Shown: one piece after another, positions 36,521 through 49,937 of the stretch | Numbering within the stretch: the stretch's first letter is position 1 | How the letters are laid out: every line of letters starts with the position of its first letter | DNA from: Octopus sinensis | Taxonomy: Eukaryota | Direction: 5' to 3' | Assembly: GCF_006345805.1 (NCBI RefSeq) | Contig: NC_042999.1 | Coordinates: 29,450,001 to 29,514,000 of the forward strand | DNA length: 64,000 nucleotides | The notes under the pieces: model-generated | What the model saw: only the letters and a program-made list of their open reading frames with translations | Told to the model about the DNA's origin: nothing | Database searches by the model: none | Program-made: the position numbers and the translations under genes

Positions 36521-37059
36521 ATATATCCTCATGTATATATATATAGATACATACTTATACATGTATAGAAGCGAATCAATGACAATAGAAACCGTAGGTT
36601 AACATGGAAAATCAAGGTAACGTGTTATCATTATTCTTTATCTGCTGCTGATATAAATTAGAGAAGTAACTGCTATTAACTTAACGTTTCTAAAGGATCT
36701 TTCATAGGTCGATCTCTTGGAATATATGGAATAAATTGTACTCCTTCATTATTATAGATATTCTAAATATTGAGACCACCAAAGTATGTTTACGCACCAT
36801 TTCCATAGTAATCATTCCAAATAACGAAAGAACTGAAAGTATAAGGATCCAGTTGGCGGGAATGTCTTTACTTTAGGACAATACAAATTAAATAAAAATC
36901 TTTACTTAATTAGATATCATTTTCCAGGCCAAAAGTTACAATGAAATGCTCACAGCAGGAGATGGACTTAACAGTTTGTATACATCTTCCATTCCCCTTC
37001 ATGGTATTTTAAGCTCTTCCATAGAGCATCCAATGTTTGCTGTGTATTTATTTTACACT

Positions 37060-39060
37060 ACCTCTTCACGATTACCACGAGGATTTTGTCAGGGATAAAA
37101 TCTCCACTTGCACCGTCTTGTTATGCTGACATATAAATCTTATCCTGTACTTTCATAATGTCTGTGTAGTATATGTGAATGATTTAGTATAGTTCTTTGC
37201 TAGTCTCTTCCCAATGCCACTGGGTATCTAAAACAGCATGAAACCTTCTGTTGTACATAGTCTTTACTATTTTATTCATGGTTTCTCTAGGTGTTCATGT
37301 TCTCGAATCATGATTAATTCAGCTGCAGCTGTAACAAATTTATTTCAGTCTTTTCATAAGAATGGATTTCTATATCTTATCGAAGCAGATACGTTTTCCT
37401 TATACTTTAGATGTCCTTGTTTCTATACGGCTCCTTAACATGGATATATGATTTACAAGTTGACTTGATCCACTTTCCTAATGCATTTTCTCCATTCATT
37501 GCGTAGAACTTTCCAGATCCATCTTGGATTTAAGACAGTTTGATATTTTTTTCTTTTGCAGCAGTAATTCATGATCGTATTTCACAATACATTTTTCCTG
37601 GACCTATATGGCAATAGTGACATCTTCCAATGTCATTCGTTAATGCTAGATATTCGACAAAATCTATATTTGTAATTTTCTCGAGAGTGCATCAATATCT
37701 TCTTTACTGTGAAAAAGTCAAACCTAAGTGTTTTGTTTACGTCGACTGTTTTTCCTCAGTACATTGGCGAGTCATATACTGAATGCACAAGGGACACGTC
37801 TTAACGTGCTAACGTACTGACCTGAAAAAGTAAGTCAAAAGCATTTTACATCTAATGACCTGATATAACATTATAATAAGCATTAACATTTTCTACACCA
37901 CTGCCGTAAGGTACCTCTCTTTCTTTCTTTCTTTCTTTCTTTCTTTGTTCTGATTGTTCAGCTAAATTTTCTCAAGGTTGAGTAAAGTTCTTTATAGTGG
38001 CATCAGGTTGTATATTTTAACTGCAAATTCAATGCGTGTAATGCCATTGTAGTTTATACCAAACACAGCGTTTCATCTCTTGTATAATGTTATTATGAAG
38101 CCCACACTCCAATCTATTAATTTTCTTTAAAGACATAATATTGCATGGCTGCAAGTGCACATTGCCGAATTATCACAGCTTCAACATTGCAAGATTTGCC
38201 AACTTTGGTTGGCGTTAAGGCATTAAACTTTCATCAATAGCGAGAGCAACCTCTATATCTCGAGTTTTTTCAGGAAAGATTGGATTGCTCTCGGCGACAT
38301 TTAAAGGTTTACTTAGATTTTCAAAATACGTCTTCTATAATCAAATTTCTATTTCCTTCGAGCTTCGGTATTTGGCATGTATCAACTCTGATGTTTTATA
38401 CTATATTCCATAAATTTGCTGTTTTCTTGCTGTCAGCTGCATCTCTGACTTCATCGATCTTACAATAAATATAATTCACGTTGGCCTTAGAGGATTCAGA
38501 AAAGAAAAACTTTGTAGCTTTCATTTTGTTGAGGTGTTGTAGATTGTATATAAGATATATGTTGTCACTAGTTTGCTTCTCATGGTTTTTTGCCATCGTA
38601 CCTAGGTTTTATGAAGGAAACAGTTCGATGCTGCTACCTCTTAAACTGGTTCGAAGCTGTATATACGGCTTCGTGAATTCATTTTGTTTTCGGCTACAAG
38701 AACAGCAAATCTATTCTCAAAAGATCTGACACATTTATTCTGAATGACCGATTCATTCTTCAGAATACATCAATCGTGAGAAGACCATCTCGTCTAATAA
38801 GTCCTATTGAATTGACAACTCAGTCAAAATCTTGTCGACACTATTGAATGAATGGAATCAATCCTTTTCAGTGTCGATTATTTTCTCCAATACTGAAGCA
38901 CTGATATTTAGAATTCATAATAATGTTATAAATCTCTGATTTGCTTCCACTTGGAGTTGAAAATATAAAGCATTTGTTGACCCTCAGGTGCATTGTATTG
39001 AGCTGTTTTAGCCGGTGTTCTTCAAAAAGTTATATGACGTTACAGTGTTGCAACTAGATT
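37060..39060 (-). mobile_element. Heavily decayed RTE-like LINE
   Basis: Minus-strand remnants of ENLSKPL.V..NPI, NY.GIT.I..AVKIYNLM and a C-terminal ..ISAR.C block; (CTTT)n interruption at ~37917-37946; boundaries approximate. Confidence 0.45.
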
Positions 39061-40818
39061 AAAAAGAGAAAGGAAATTAATGCTTGTCAGATGAATGAGT
39101 TCAACTCCAAATACAAAAATCCGATTCTTCAGAACTTTACGTATAGCAACGGAGAGAGCTGATATATATGTATATGTTTACAGATACTGGGGAATTCTCC
39201 GTGGAAACAACGAATTAAGCAGTTCTGGCTGATAGCAAAGCTGGATTTTTAGCATGGTCTAATACGTCTACAGGCATACTGCCAGATTCGGTAAAGACAT
39301 CAAATTACCGGATATCGAATGGAAGGTTGAGCGAAAAGGGATTGGAGAGTGGAACGTTTGAGATAATAAAAGCTTTTTTGCATAAGGCTTCATGATTGTT
39401 TACATTAAAGATCTAGGAGAGAAGGTAGTGACATATGTTCTACCCGTTATACAAGGCTTTCTTTTTAAATATCGTAGTCATTTTCAAGAATTTGTGCTTA
39501 CATGAAGTGACTAGCACATATTTACGTTCAGAATTTGGTTCTTGAATGTGAAAGAATTGTAAGATTAATAAATTCAAAATTGGGAGTGTTTCTTGTTAAG
39601 TTTGTATGGTTAGGCATGCAAAAGTATTTTCAAATTCAACCTGAACGGAGCATAATGTAATTTGATTTTAGTAACTATACACGTTTGGATAGGAAGGTAA
39701 CATTTTCTGTTCGCGTTATCGAAGTGTGGATGTGCCGGATATATCGTAACTTCAAAAGGTTTGCTGTAGATTGTATATACTTACATAAATATGAGTGTGA
39801 GCGTATCTATGGGTATGTTTTTGTGTTTGTGTATGCGTGTATAAATGTTTATGTGTGTGGGTGCTTATATGTGCGTAGTTTTTTGTGTATATATATGCAT
39901 GTGTCAGAAGGAGTGTGTGTTTGTGTGATGTGGCTATGATGATAATTCCTGGATACACAATATTCCTAAACGTTACAGTTTCTTTCAATTGGGAAGGATA
40001 AATGTATTCTACATTTGCAATTGCTATGTGTGGTTAAATTTTTCATTGTTAGTGCTTGTAATTGCATGCAGTCCTTATGAAGCTGTTGGTTGTGGAATAA
40101 GACAATTTTACGTCTGTGGCAGTGGTGAACATTTTTTTCAGTAATTTCAAATATTATTTAGCTATTATTTTACGACCTATTTATTAAAGGGGATTAAAAG
40201 ACTTGATTTTCCTTTTTATACACTTTCGTTTTTAGGTACTGTCGGACGTTGTTCGTATGCATGTATACATACATACACACACAAGTACACACATACACAC
40301 ACACATTTATACACAGGCACGCACACACACATATATTGACAAATATATGTATACATATATATATGTATATATATATATATATATACATACATACATATTA
40401 ATATATTTTTGTGTGTTAGTGCATGTGTGTGGGGTTTGTGTGAGTGTGTGTGTTTGTGTGTGAGTGTGTGTATATGTGCGTGTGTGTGTGTGTATGTGCA
40501 CGTGTGTGCAGTGCAGTCTAATTAGATGAGAAATATCTAACTTCGAATATGCCGTGCTGGCAATCCCAAGAATGAAGAACATATTGCTATTCATAATTTA
40601 CTAGTGAATAGATACTTGAAGATCTGTATATGTAGAAAAATTAATTAGATAGGCATGCCCATTACACAGTGGATACTCGTTCCTGTAAATTAAGCACATT
40701 CGAGCGTGACTCACCGCAGTTCAATCGAGGAGAAAATGACTGGTTAAAATAATTAACCGCCTTTGCGCATCCTACAGACACACACCCAAAATACGCACGC
40801 CCGCACATATACATAGAA

Positions 40819-40861
<43 letters not shown>

Positions 40862-40925
40862 ATGTTCAGGTGTGTATGTATGCATTAATATCTCTCTATA
40901 GTTTCTCTTTCTCTCTTCTTCTCCG

Positions 40926-40962
<37 letters not shown>

Positions 40963-43522
40963 TATTATATATGCGTGTCTCTGTTTGTGTGTGTATATTT
41001 ATATACATGTATAAAGATGAAGGTTCGAGTCCGTTGGTTTAAGATAAATTTCGGTTCCAAATGGGTTGCTGATTTTTATTAGAGTATCAAAGAAAGTGAG
41101 TTGTTTTTTGACATTCTCTATTGTAAACTGAATATTTCAATGTATCCGGTTCAGTAATGATTTAAATTCCAAAATTTTATCAGTAGCCTCATTCCAAATG
41201 ATAGAGCAGTCATCCACAAAGTTTATGTGTTCTCATCTATATAACGATGGAATGGGTATCCATATTTTGCAGCGATACTTCATATATGGTTAATACAAAA
41301 TACACCATTCTTACGTTAGCGATTCCAACTTGGTCGACTGGAATTGTACATAAGATATACGGAATATTATGGAATATCATGGAAACAATTTGAAAATATA
41401 CAAATGTGTTGGCACTCTCAATAAATTGCACATGTAATATGTTTTTCTATAGTCACAGCTGAATTTCACTGAAAAAGTTATTTATCTGACCGTTGCGATC
41501 ACTTTATGTATGTGTGATATTTATTTTATTATCTCGTTTTTTTTTTACTTTAGAAATATTTACTTGCTTTTTGTAGTAAAAGGGAAATCTCGTATATACA
41601 CCATGTGGATATATACTTTGGATGTAATAAAGTTTTGTTAAACATTTACTGTTTGTCTTTTGGTATTTGTTCATTATTTATTTTCTTAGAAAGAACAACA
41701 CACCATTTTAATTTATATAGGAGTTCACAAAAAGCTCTTTAAGAAAAATATATACGACAGAACATTTGATAGAGTTTACATACATAAGGGGGCAAGATTA
41801 GAATATAATAATGATGACTAAGGAATTTAAACATTAAAATATATTTTAATCTTTTAAAGTGGAAATATTTAATTGACATCAATGACTAGAAGTGTTTTCT
41901 CTAATACAAAAATATTACATATATAATATACAATATTCACATTTACGTACGAGCAAATGCAGAACATATAATTAGGGAAGGAAATTTTGAAAAGTATGAA
42001 AGAAACCTGCAATTTATAAATGATTAAAATAGGAAACCACTAAGAGTCAAGAAACTCGCGTCATACTGGAAAAGGAATCGAGCTCAATTGACCAATATTT
42101 AGGTATATGGGGAGCACGTATCAAAATCAGTGCCAACATAAGTCAACTAGTAACTAAAGACATTGTTTCAAAAGACATGTAGGCTGACGAAAAATAATCG
42201 TTGATTTTTTTGATTAAATAAGCGAAGTACGGCATAGAATACCAAACCGAATTTGTTTCCGGTTAAAAGGAACAACATGGGTACGTATTTTCAACGTAAT
42301 ATTATATTGTTAAACATTCAGAATATTATTTACTACATTTCGATTTTCCGAAAGTAATACCTAGTTACATCATTTACATTGAGTCTCCTATATTAAGAGG
42401 TATTAAACTCGACCTACTCTTTCTTGAAAATTCAGATCCTTACATAATTGAAAATATGTCTGGAGCTATATATGAAATAAAATAAATTTACATAATGAAT
42501 TCTATCAAAAATGCATTAATTACCATAGAAGCTAAAATATTGTTAAATATTGTTACATAACGTAATTTCAAATAAAAGAAAAGGACACGGGTAGAAATAT
42601 TAACTAAACCTGCATTAGAAAAATGTAGTGACTGATGAATCAATGAATGGAATTCACTTGTATATACACAAATGTATTGGAAACATTATCACGAATTTAT
42701 TGCGTCGAACATCCGAGACATATCGGGATGTTTTGCCAAGAAATATATTACTGCTGCCAGTTATATACAGAACATGTTTTTGTGCCAAATATTTCAAGCC
42801 TCCGTTCAGGTGAATTTTAAAAAAAATTTAAAATACATATATGACAGTTAGGTTTGAGGCAGTGAAATTAGAAGAAACAATATTTTTACTTGATGTTCGT
42901 TATTTATTATTTACTTTAAAATCTATCGTAATCCACATCTGAATTCTAGGAATTTCAAAAAAAAAAAAAAACTTTAAAAGTCTAAATGCTGAAATTCGTA
43001 GTTGGTCTCAGTGTGGATAGGATGAAAAAGTAGGCAATTGTAAGCGTATAATATTTCTACATGTATAATATTTCATGATAATTGTTTTTCATTGTTTTCC
43101 ATTGAAATTTATTTAGCTATAAGTGAATTGAAGATTAATGGAAGCTGGCTTGGCTTTAAGACCAAGTGTTAGTTAGTAATTTATCAAATTTTGTCAGTTA
43201 TGTTGTTAATACTTATGGTAATTTATTACCTAGAATATTATTTATACTCTAATTTGCTGAGACAGGAGGTTACTTTAGATTACATAATAATGACATAGAA
43301 AAATAAATACGTGTAAAATTATACGAGCCCACTTACTTATTGTGTTTACAAAGAGAATTGGAAAAAGAAAGGGAGCAACTGACATGAAAAAGTAAGTAGT
43401 ATTGTTTTATGGCTAGTATTTTAATAAAAGTACGGTTTAGGATGGTTTGAATATACAAAGGTAGAAATATACGATAGCTCGTGTGCGTGTATGCATATAT
43501 ATGTATGTGTGTGTAAGTATAT

Positions 43523-43805
43523 ATCACCGATACTGATCAGGCTATCAGGCTACACATCGCTGGTCACAATGCGCTTCGCATTGTTTTAGTCTTCAAATGA
43601 CGCCATCCCGCTGGCTAATAGAAGAAAGAGTGAGAGAAAGTTGTGGCGAAAGAGTACAGCAGGGATCGCCACCACTCCCTGCCGAAGCCGCGTGGAGCTT
43701 AGGTATTTTCGCTCAATAAACACTCACAACGCCTGGTCTGGGAATCGAAACCGCGATCCTACAACCGCGAGTCCGCTGCCCTAACCCCTAAGCCATTGCG
43801 CCTCC
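43523..43805 (-). mobile_element. tRNA-derived SINE, same family as 35096, with a ~20-bp internal deletion
   Basis: Reverse complement aligns to 35096-35411. Confidence 0.9.
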
Positions 43806-43814
43806 ACATATAAG

Positions 43815-43902
<88 letters not shown>

Positions 43903-43959
43903 TGAGGTGTTTTCCAGTGTGGCACGCTTTATTGCAGGTATACAAAAATGCTACTAAAA

Positions 43960-44955
43960 TGACGACTGGCCTCTACAGAGAAGACATGGGTTGTTGCATG
44001 TCTCACAGAAGGCTTATCTATGGGAGGCTTATCCCGACCAAGCCCAAAAGCTTGGTCGGGATACAAGAACATTGAAGGCGCATGTAGAAATCCTCATCAC
44101 CAAACACAGGCAAGATAGAGGTACGAAAATAATTTTATGGCTTCCGATAAATAGGTGGACATGTAAGAAAACACTTCGGTTGCACAAGTGTTGCCATATT
44201 TGAAATGCTGGTGTGGCTCCTTTGTACGAAATCACCCGGTGTAGGATCCTTAAAGAGACGGCCAGAAGTGTTAAGTGCTTCACTAGACATATCCTAACCA
44301 AGAACCTCATACAGGAGTATATTGATTCGGCACAGAAGTACATGAAGATCAATTTCCAAGATGTATATTTCATGGATGATGGCAGAGCTACACATTATGG
44401 CCCAGTCGGTTGGGCCAAAGTTTGGGTAGCTCATGGAATCTCTCACCCGCATCGTATTCGGCGACAACAATGCGGCGGTGGTCCAACGATTTGGGCGTGA
44501 ATCATAGGAAATGAACTTGTCGGGCCTTTCAAGTGCAACAAGGTGTCAACCTCATTCGCTACTCCTACACTGCGTGTCTGGAGAAGAATTTGTCAGCATG
44601 GTTAGCTGATTTGCCACTCTCACATCGACGGCCATTGATTTTTATACATAATAATACAGCTTCGCATTCAACCAACACTACAAATTCGTACATTGCAACG
44701 TTGGGAACCACATGCCAATCATTCATGACTTGGCGTCCCTATTCTCCTGACCTAAACCTATTGAACAGCTCTGGCCGATCTTGAAGAGGAAGGTGTGTGA
44801 ATTAGGTATCCGGTTTTCAATTGAAGGATACCCTGTGGGAAAAGATCAGAACTATTGATTGTACCATAACCTGTTCTCATATTAGTCGGCTAAAAGCTTT
44901 GGTGGACCAAACTCTGATGTTATTAGTAAACAATGAAGTTACGTAGAATAATAAT
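43960..44955 (+). pseudogene. Decayed Tc1-family transposase with D-x37-E spacing (TRT-like)
   Basis: KLGRDTRT; YFMDDGRAT..GP.GWAKVW; RRQQCGGGPTIWA*IIGNELVGPF; FIHNNTASH..TWRPYSPDLN(P)IEQLW after restoring one deleted C. There are 37 residues between the second catalytic position and E. Confidence 0.85.
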
Positions 44956-45317
44956 GTACAACCCCAGCAATATAATTGTGTTTGCTTCATATCTTTTGCT
45001 CCTGTTCTTCGGTAGTGTTGTTTCATTATTACAATAAAATGGTAATATAACGATATTACTTTGTTTCATTTCCTGAAATTGACGTTTTCGTATACCTGAA
45101 ATAAAGCGTGATTCAGTTGAAAGCACCTCAAAATACATAACTCAAAATAAGTTTCTATGTAGATTATCTATACGATTATGTAGAGTGGACCAAATTTTAC
45201 GTTTGTACGACGTTTAATATGGAAAATATCAACAAAAATTGGAATGTAATAAAGCGTAATACACATTGAATTGCTTACTAGTGGTTTCATCTCTAATTTA
45301 TATTTTATATAATTATA

Positions 45318-45377
45318 TTGTGAAATTTGATTTAATACTAAATTGAATTTTCCCCTGTAAGTTTGAAGCTATACAAC

Positions 45378-45421
<44 letters not shown>

Positions 45422-45536
45422 GGTAGTAGTAGTAGTAGTAGTAGTGGTAGTAGTAGTAGTATAATTATTATTATTATTATTATTGTTATTATTATTACAA
45501 TTATTATTATCATCATCATCATCATTATTATTATTA

Positions 45537-45597
<61 letters not shown>
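45318..45597. repeat. Compound (TAT/TAG/CAT)n and (TA)n microsatellite
   Basis: Direct reading; repeats begin at ~45378. Confidence 0.9.
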
Positions 45598-45599
<2 letters not shown>

Positions 45600-45619
45600 T
45601 GTGTGTGTGTCGGTATGTA

Positions 45620-46530
45620 TAAAAGTATATAAGGATATTACTATTAATATTTAATAATAATATCCGTATTTTACATGTGTGATAACTATACAGGTAAAAT
45701 TATTAATTCATAATCAAATGCACTAGGGTAGAAATAGCAATTCTAGAAATGGGAGTCAAAACCTCTCAAAACCATTGTTTTCATTTGGACACACGGGTGA
45801 ATTTGAGAGAACTAGCAAAATATAAAAACCCTACTTAATATTAACGAAATAACGTAGTTGAAATTTCAAACGTGCAGATATCACGCTATTTCGAATCCTG
45901 TGAGTATTACTGACCAAGGGTTAACAACCGTCGCAGCCATGTGCGTACTGATCATTTTTAACACAGCGGTAAATTTTAAATATGGTAGAAGTGGAAGAAA
46001 AATTCTAAAAAAGGTATAAGGATATTACTATAAATATTTTAGAATCATATCAGTGTTTAGCATGTGTAAAAACTATAAAGGCAAATTCCTTAATTCGTAA
46101 CGGAGGCTACTAGAGTAGTACCAGCCATGTTAAAAATAGGATCCATAACTAAGTGATTGTACACAGGGTCCGAAATCACGTGATATGAGTGCATCCGAAA
46201 TTTTATTTAAGATGTTTTCATTAATGATATGTTGGGTATTTATATTTTGTTCCTTCCTTCGAATTCATCAGTGTGTACGAGTAATAACTGGTTTTAATTC
46301 GTTTTGACTCCTACTTTAAGTATTGATATTATTAATTGTTAATAGTAATATGTTTATATATTTTTATAGTTTTAATTCATTTCGATCATCTTTTAAATTT
46401 GCCACTACATCAAAAATGATCAGTACCCATATGGTTGTGATAAGTATGTTTAATCCTTGGTTAGTAACACTCATTGATGATGAACTAAGTGATAATTCAC
46501 TCGGTTCGAAATCACGTGATATGAATACCC
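45620..46530. repeat. ~340-390 bp repeat unit in tandem (45620-46140) and inverted tandem (46147-46530), carrying a hammerhead-like fold
   Basis: Inverted anchors: GTACTGATCATTTTT 45945-45959 vs 46412-46426; GGAGTCAAAAC 45752-45762 vs 46301-46311; ATATTACTATTAA 45635-45647 vs 46339-46351. Direct: GAAATCACGTGATATGA at 46172 and 46508. Confidence 0.75.
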
Positions 46531-49500
46531 CAGTACCTTTCATTATGTGTATGTGCGTGTGTATGTGTGTGTGTGTGTGTGTGTGCATATACACAATTAG
46601 TTATATGCACGAGCAAACACACATATTTATACGTACTTAAGTAAAGTAGAAGTACGTGGTACACTCAGCTATGTTCAGCAGAGAAAAATTAACTTGCTCC
46701 TGTATCTACAAAATCCAAAATATTGGGAATTGCACTTAGTTACATAAACAACAAATCAATTCATGCATATTAAGTAAATAAATGTTACCTACTTCTCTCA
46801 TGTATATATGCATGAATTTCAAGCGTTGGAAATGCCTTGGTGATTTTTAAGCTTTAGATTTTGTTGATAGTTTACAGAAAATGGTTAAAATCTGATAATT
46901 GGTAGGGATTTCTGTTTCAGTTAAAATATTTTCCAAGTCATATTGTAGATTTAATCTCATTGATTGAATAATTGTATTGGGATTGATAGGTGTTATGGTT
47001 TCGTTTTGTATCAGATTTGAATAAAAGATGCGAATGCTTATATTAAGTTTACTAGATATGCCTACTAAAAGATCAAAAGAGATTTGGTTCGAAAAGTGCG
47101 AGTGGAGAGTTGTTGCATAGACTCTTTGGTCAAGAATATTTTTGTTGCATATTCTTTAACTGTAACAGCAACAATGATGTGGCAGTTAAAGTCTCAGATA
47201 TAATTTGTGCGTTGAATTCTTACAAGCCAATAAACTTTAGAAGTAGGCTTTCATAGTTGAGAAACGCATTTTTGGCTTTTAAATGCGAAACATATTTGTA
47301 TAAGATTTTGAAAAGAGATCTTAACTCCTGCTTTACCTTCTTGGTGGTGGAATAATGTATTAAATCAGATTATTCTATTTTCAAATGTTTTTGTATTGTG
47401 AAATCTAACTAGGCACTTCTTGATAATTGTTTGAATTATTATAAAATATAGTTTCCTCAGAGTATAATGTTAAAAAAATGCTCATAAGTTTTGTAAAAAA
47501 ACTGCAACCATAAAGTATTAGATAATATTAATGACCAACGTTACACTATTTACAACAGCATTAGCGGATTCTACATTAAAAAACTATTAAGAAATGAGAA
47601 TGTGTTTTCCTTTCTAAATCACTGAAATCTAACCCCAAATGTCAAATTTGCTACATGGTGCATTCCTTAATTCGATGGGTTTTATGGCAAATTCCAAGCA
47701 AATATCCAATAACTATAAATCAAAAATAAATAAGGAAAAATAAGAAATGCAAACGATCCTTACCAGAAAATGGACGAATTAAGTGATTATCTTACAATCT
47801 TGATAAATAAAGAAAAAAAGAAAATTGAGCAGACTTTCGGACACTTTGATACTGATATATTTTATGCTTCCGTTTTATAAATTCTTAGCGATGCTTTAAT
47901 ATTCTCCTATGTTAATTGTAAATGGGTATCAACATTATAATCTTGACCAAACAATTTAAAATCCATTTCAAGGCAGACATACAAACTTACTATTATACGA
48001 TAAAACCATAAATACTTGCCAGACATTTGTTGCGGTTTAAGCCTAGTTAGCAGACTATCCCAGATTGCTAGCTGTACGTAACCGTAATCATTAAGCCTTA
48101 GTATAACTGAGTAAAATACAATTAGTTTCTTCTTATGAGTAATATCCTGTTTATCGTTACACTATAAAGGACAAAAATATTCATGTCATCCATGATTTCA
48201 GTTGTACTTACCGTTTCAAGGAATTGATACAACTCTACTGTACTAGAGCGTAAATTCTAGTCATTCAAAACCTATCGTAGCAAGTTTTATACGACACATT
48301 TTTACTATAATAAACAAATTGTCCTCTAGCAAAAACATTTCATAAGAACTTCGAGTATCATAATCACTCTCTGTTGAAAAATATAGTGAGGTTTAAATTC
48401 AATTTATTACGGTTACATATAGAAGACGTTTTAATGAGCCGAGGTTCTGTATATTAAAATCAGACACACCCCAAAGCACTACACAGCCACCGAACACAAG
48501 GTTTCCCATGTAAAATATTTGAAAACATTAAAGAAAAAATAACATAAAAGCATTTATTATTATGAACTAGACTGATATATCAAGAGGCTTCGGATTGAAA
48601 ATAACATTAATGCTTACATTACCATATTCAACAGATAACATTAAAGTATCAGAAGACTTCAATAAAAACTAACAAAGTTAGCAACTCTAAATATCTATTG
48701 TGTGACGATGCACCTAAGCAATAGAGTTAACGACTCTTATGTCATAAAACGCATAAAATTTGAATATTAAGGTTGAATCCAATAGCCACATATTTCACAT
48801 TATGAATATTAAAAGTCGCAAATTAAAATGTAACAAACGAAATAAAATTATCTCTCTCGTACCTAGAAAGTTGCACTCTTACAACACAACTTCATACAAA
48901 CCCCTAATATATATTAAAATAACAATCGCCTGAAAATAACAACCATAAGCGTTTAAAAACACCATACTAAAATTGTGAAGAGAAATATATCTAAAACTGT
49001 CTTGAATATATTACCTAATCAAAGCCTTTTTTATTGTTCAATGATAATTCACCATGTTTAAGGGAACCTACTACTACTGCTGAATACTGTAAAACGAATA
49101 CGTATAGTTAGAAGTATAACTGATGGTTAGAAAATATGTAGGCATACTTAGTGAATGTCATTCACCGAAGATACAGCAAACTTTAACCATTACTTACAAT
49201 ATCATATAAACCTGTCGTTTGTCCTAGAGAGTGGTGGGATGTTTGTGAGATCAAAGCTAAGATTTAGTGTAAAAATTTAACAGTAGTAATCCCTTTTGAA
49301 AGAGACTTTAAGTGATTTGAAAATATATGTAATGTCTTAATATTGTTAGAGAGAAATAGGATTCATTATGAACTGTAAGCAGAGCATCCTTAATCTACAG
49401 ACCTCCGACAATATGCGAGATGAATTTTGTGGAGTTAGTATAATAGGCATAGAGAGATTTATTCGGTAAGGCGGGCATAGACGGAAAAAGCCCTTAAAAA

Positions 49501-49801
49501 CATTACTTCGAGTACCTCGAGCTGTCCTGGAACATAGTTACCTCTGGGAAAATATCCTATTACGCCTAGTGATGGGAATAATTTATTTCATAAAATATTT
49601 CAACACCTTTTAAATTACTCTATTATCAATGGCTGGAACGAAAACGAGTAACATTTAGTGCATTAGGGCACTAAAAACAAAAATGGATGCATACAGGTTT
49701 ATATGATGTTGTAAGCATTGGTTAAATTTTGCTGTATCTTCGGTGAATGACACTCGCCAGTTACACACACACACACACACACACACAGATACATACACAC
49801 A

Positions 49802-49937
<136 letters not shown>

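Noticed and set aside
42628-42813. Possible exon ending at CAG|GTGAAT, with a CVEHPRHIGMFC B-box-like stretch in one frame
   Set aside because: Remaining zinc ligands are wrongly spaced, there is no convincing acceptor, and no partner exons were found.
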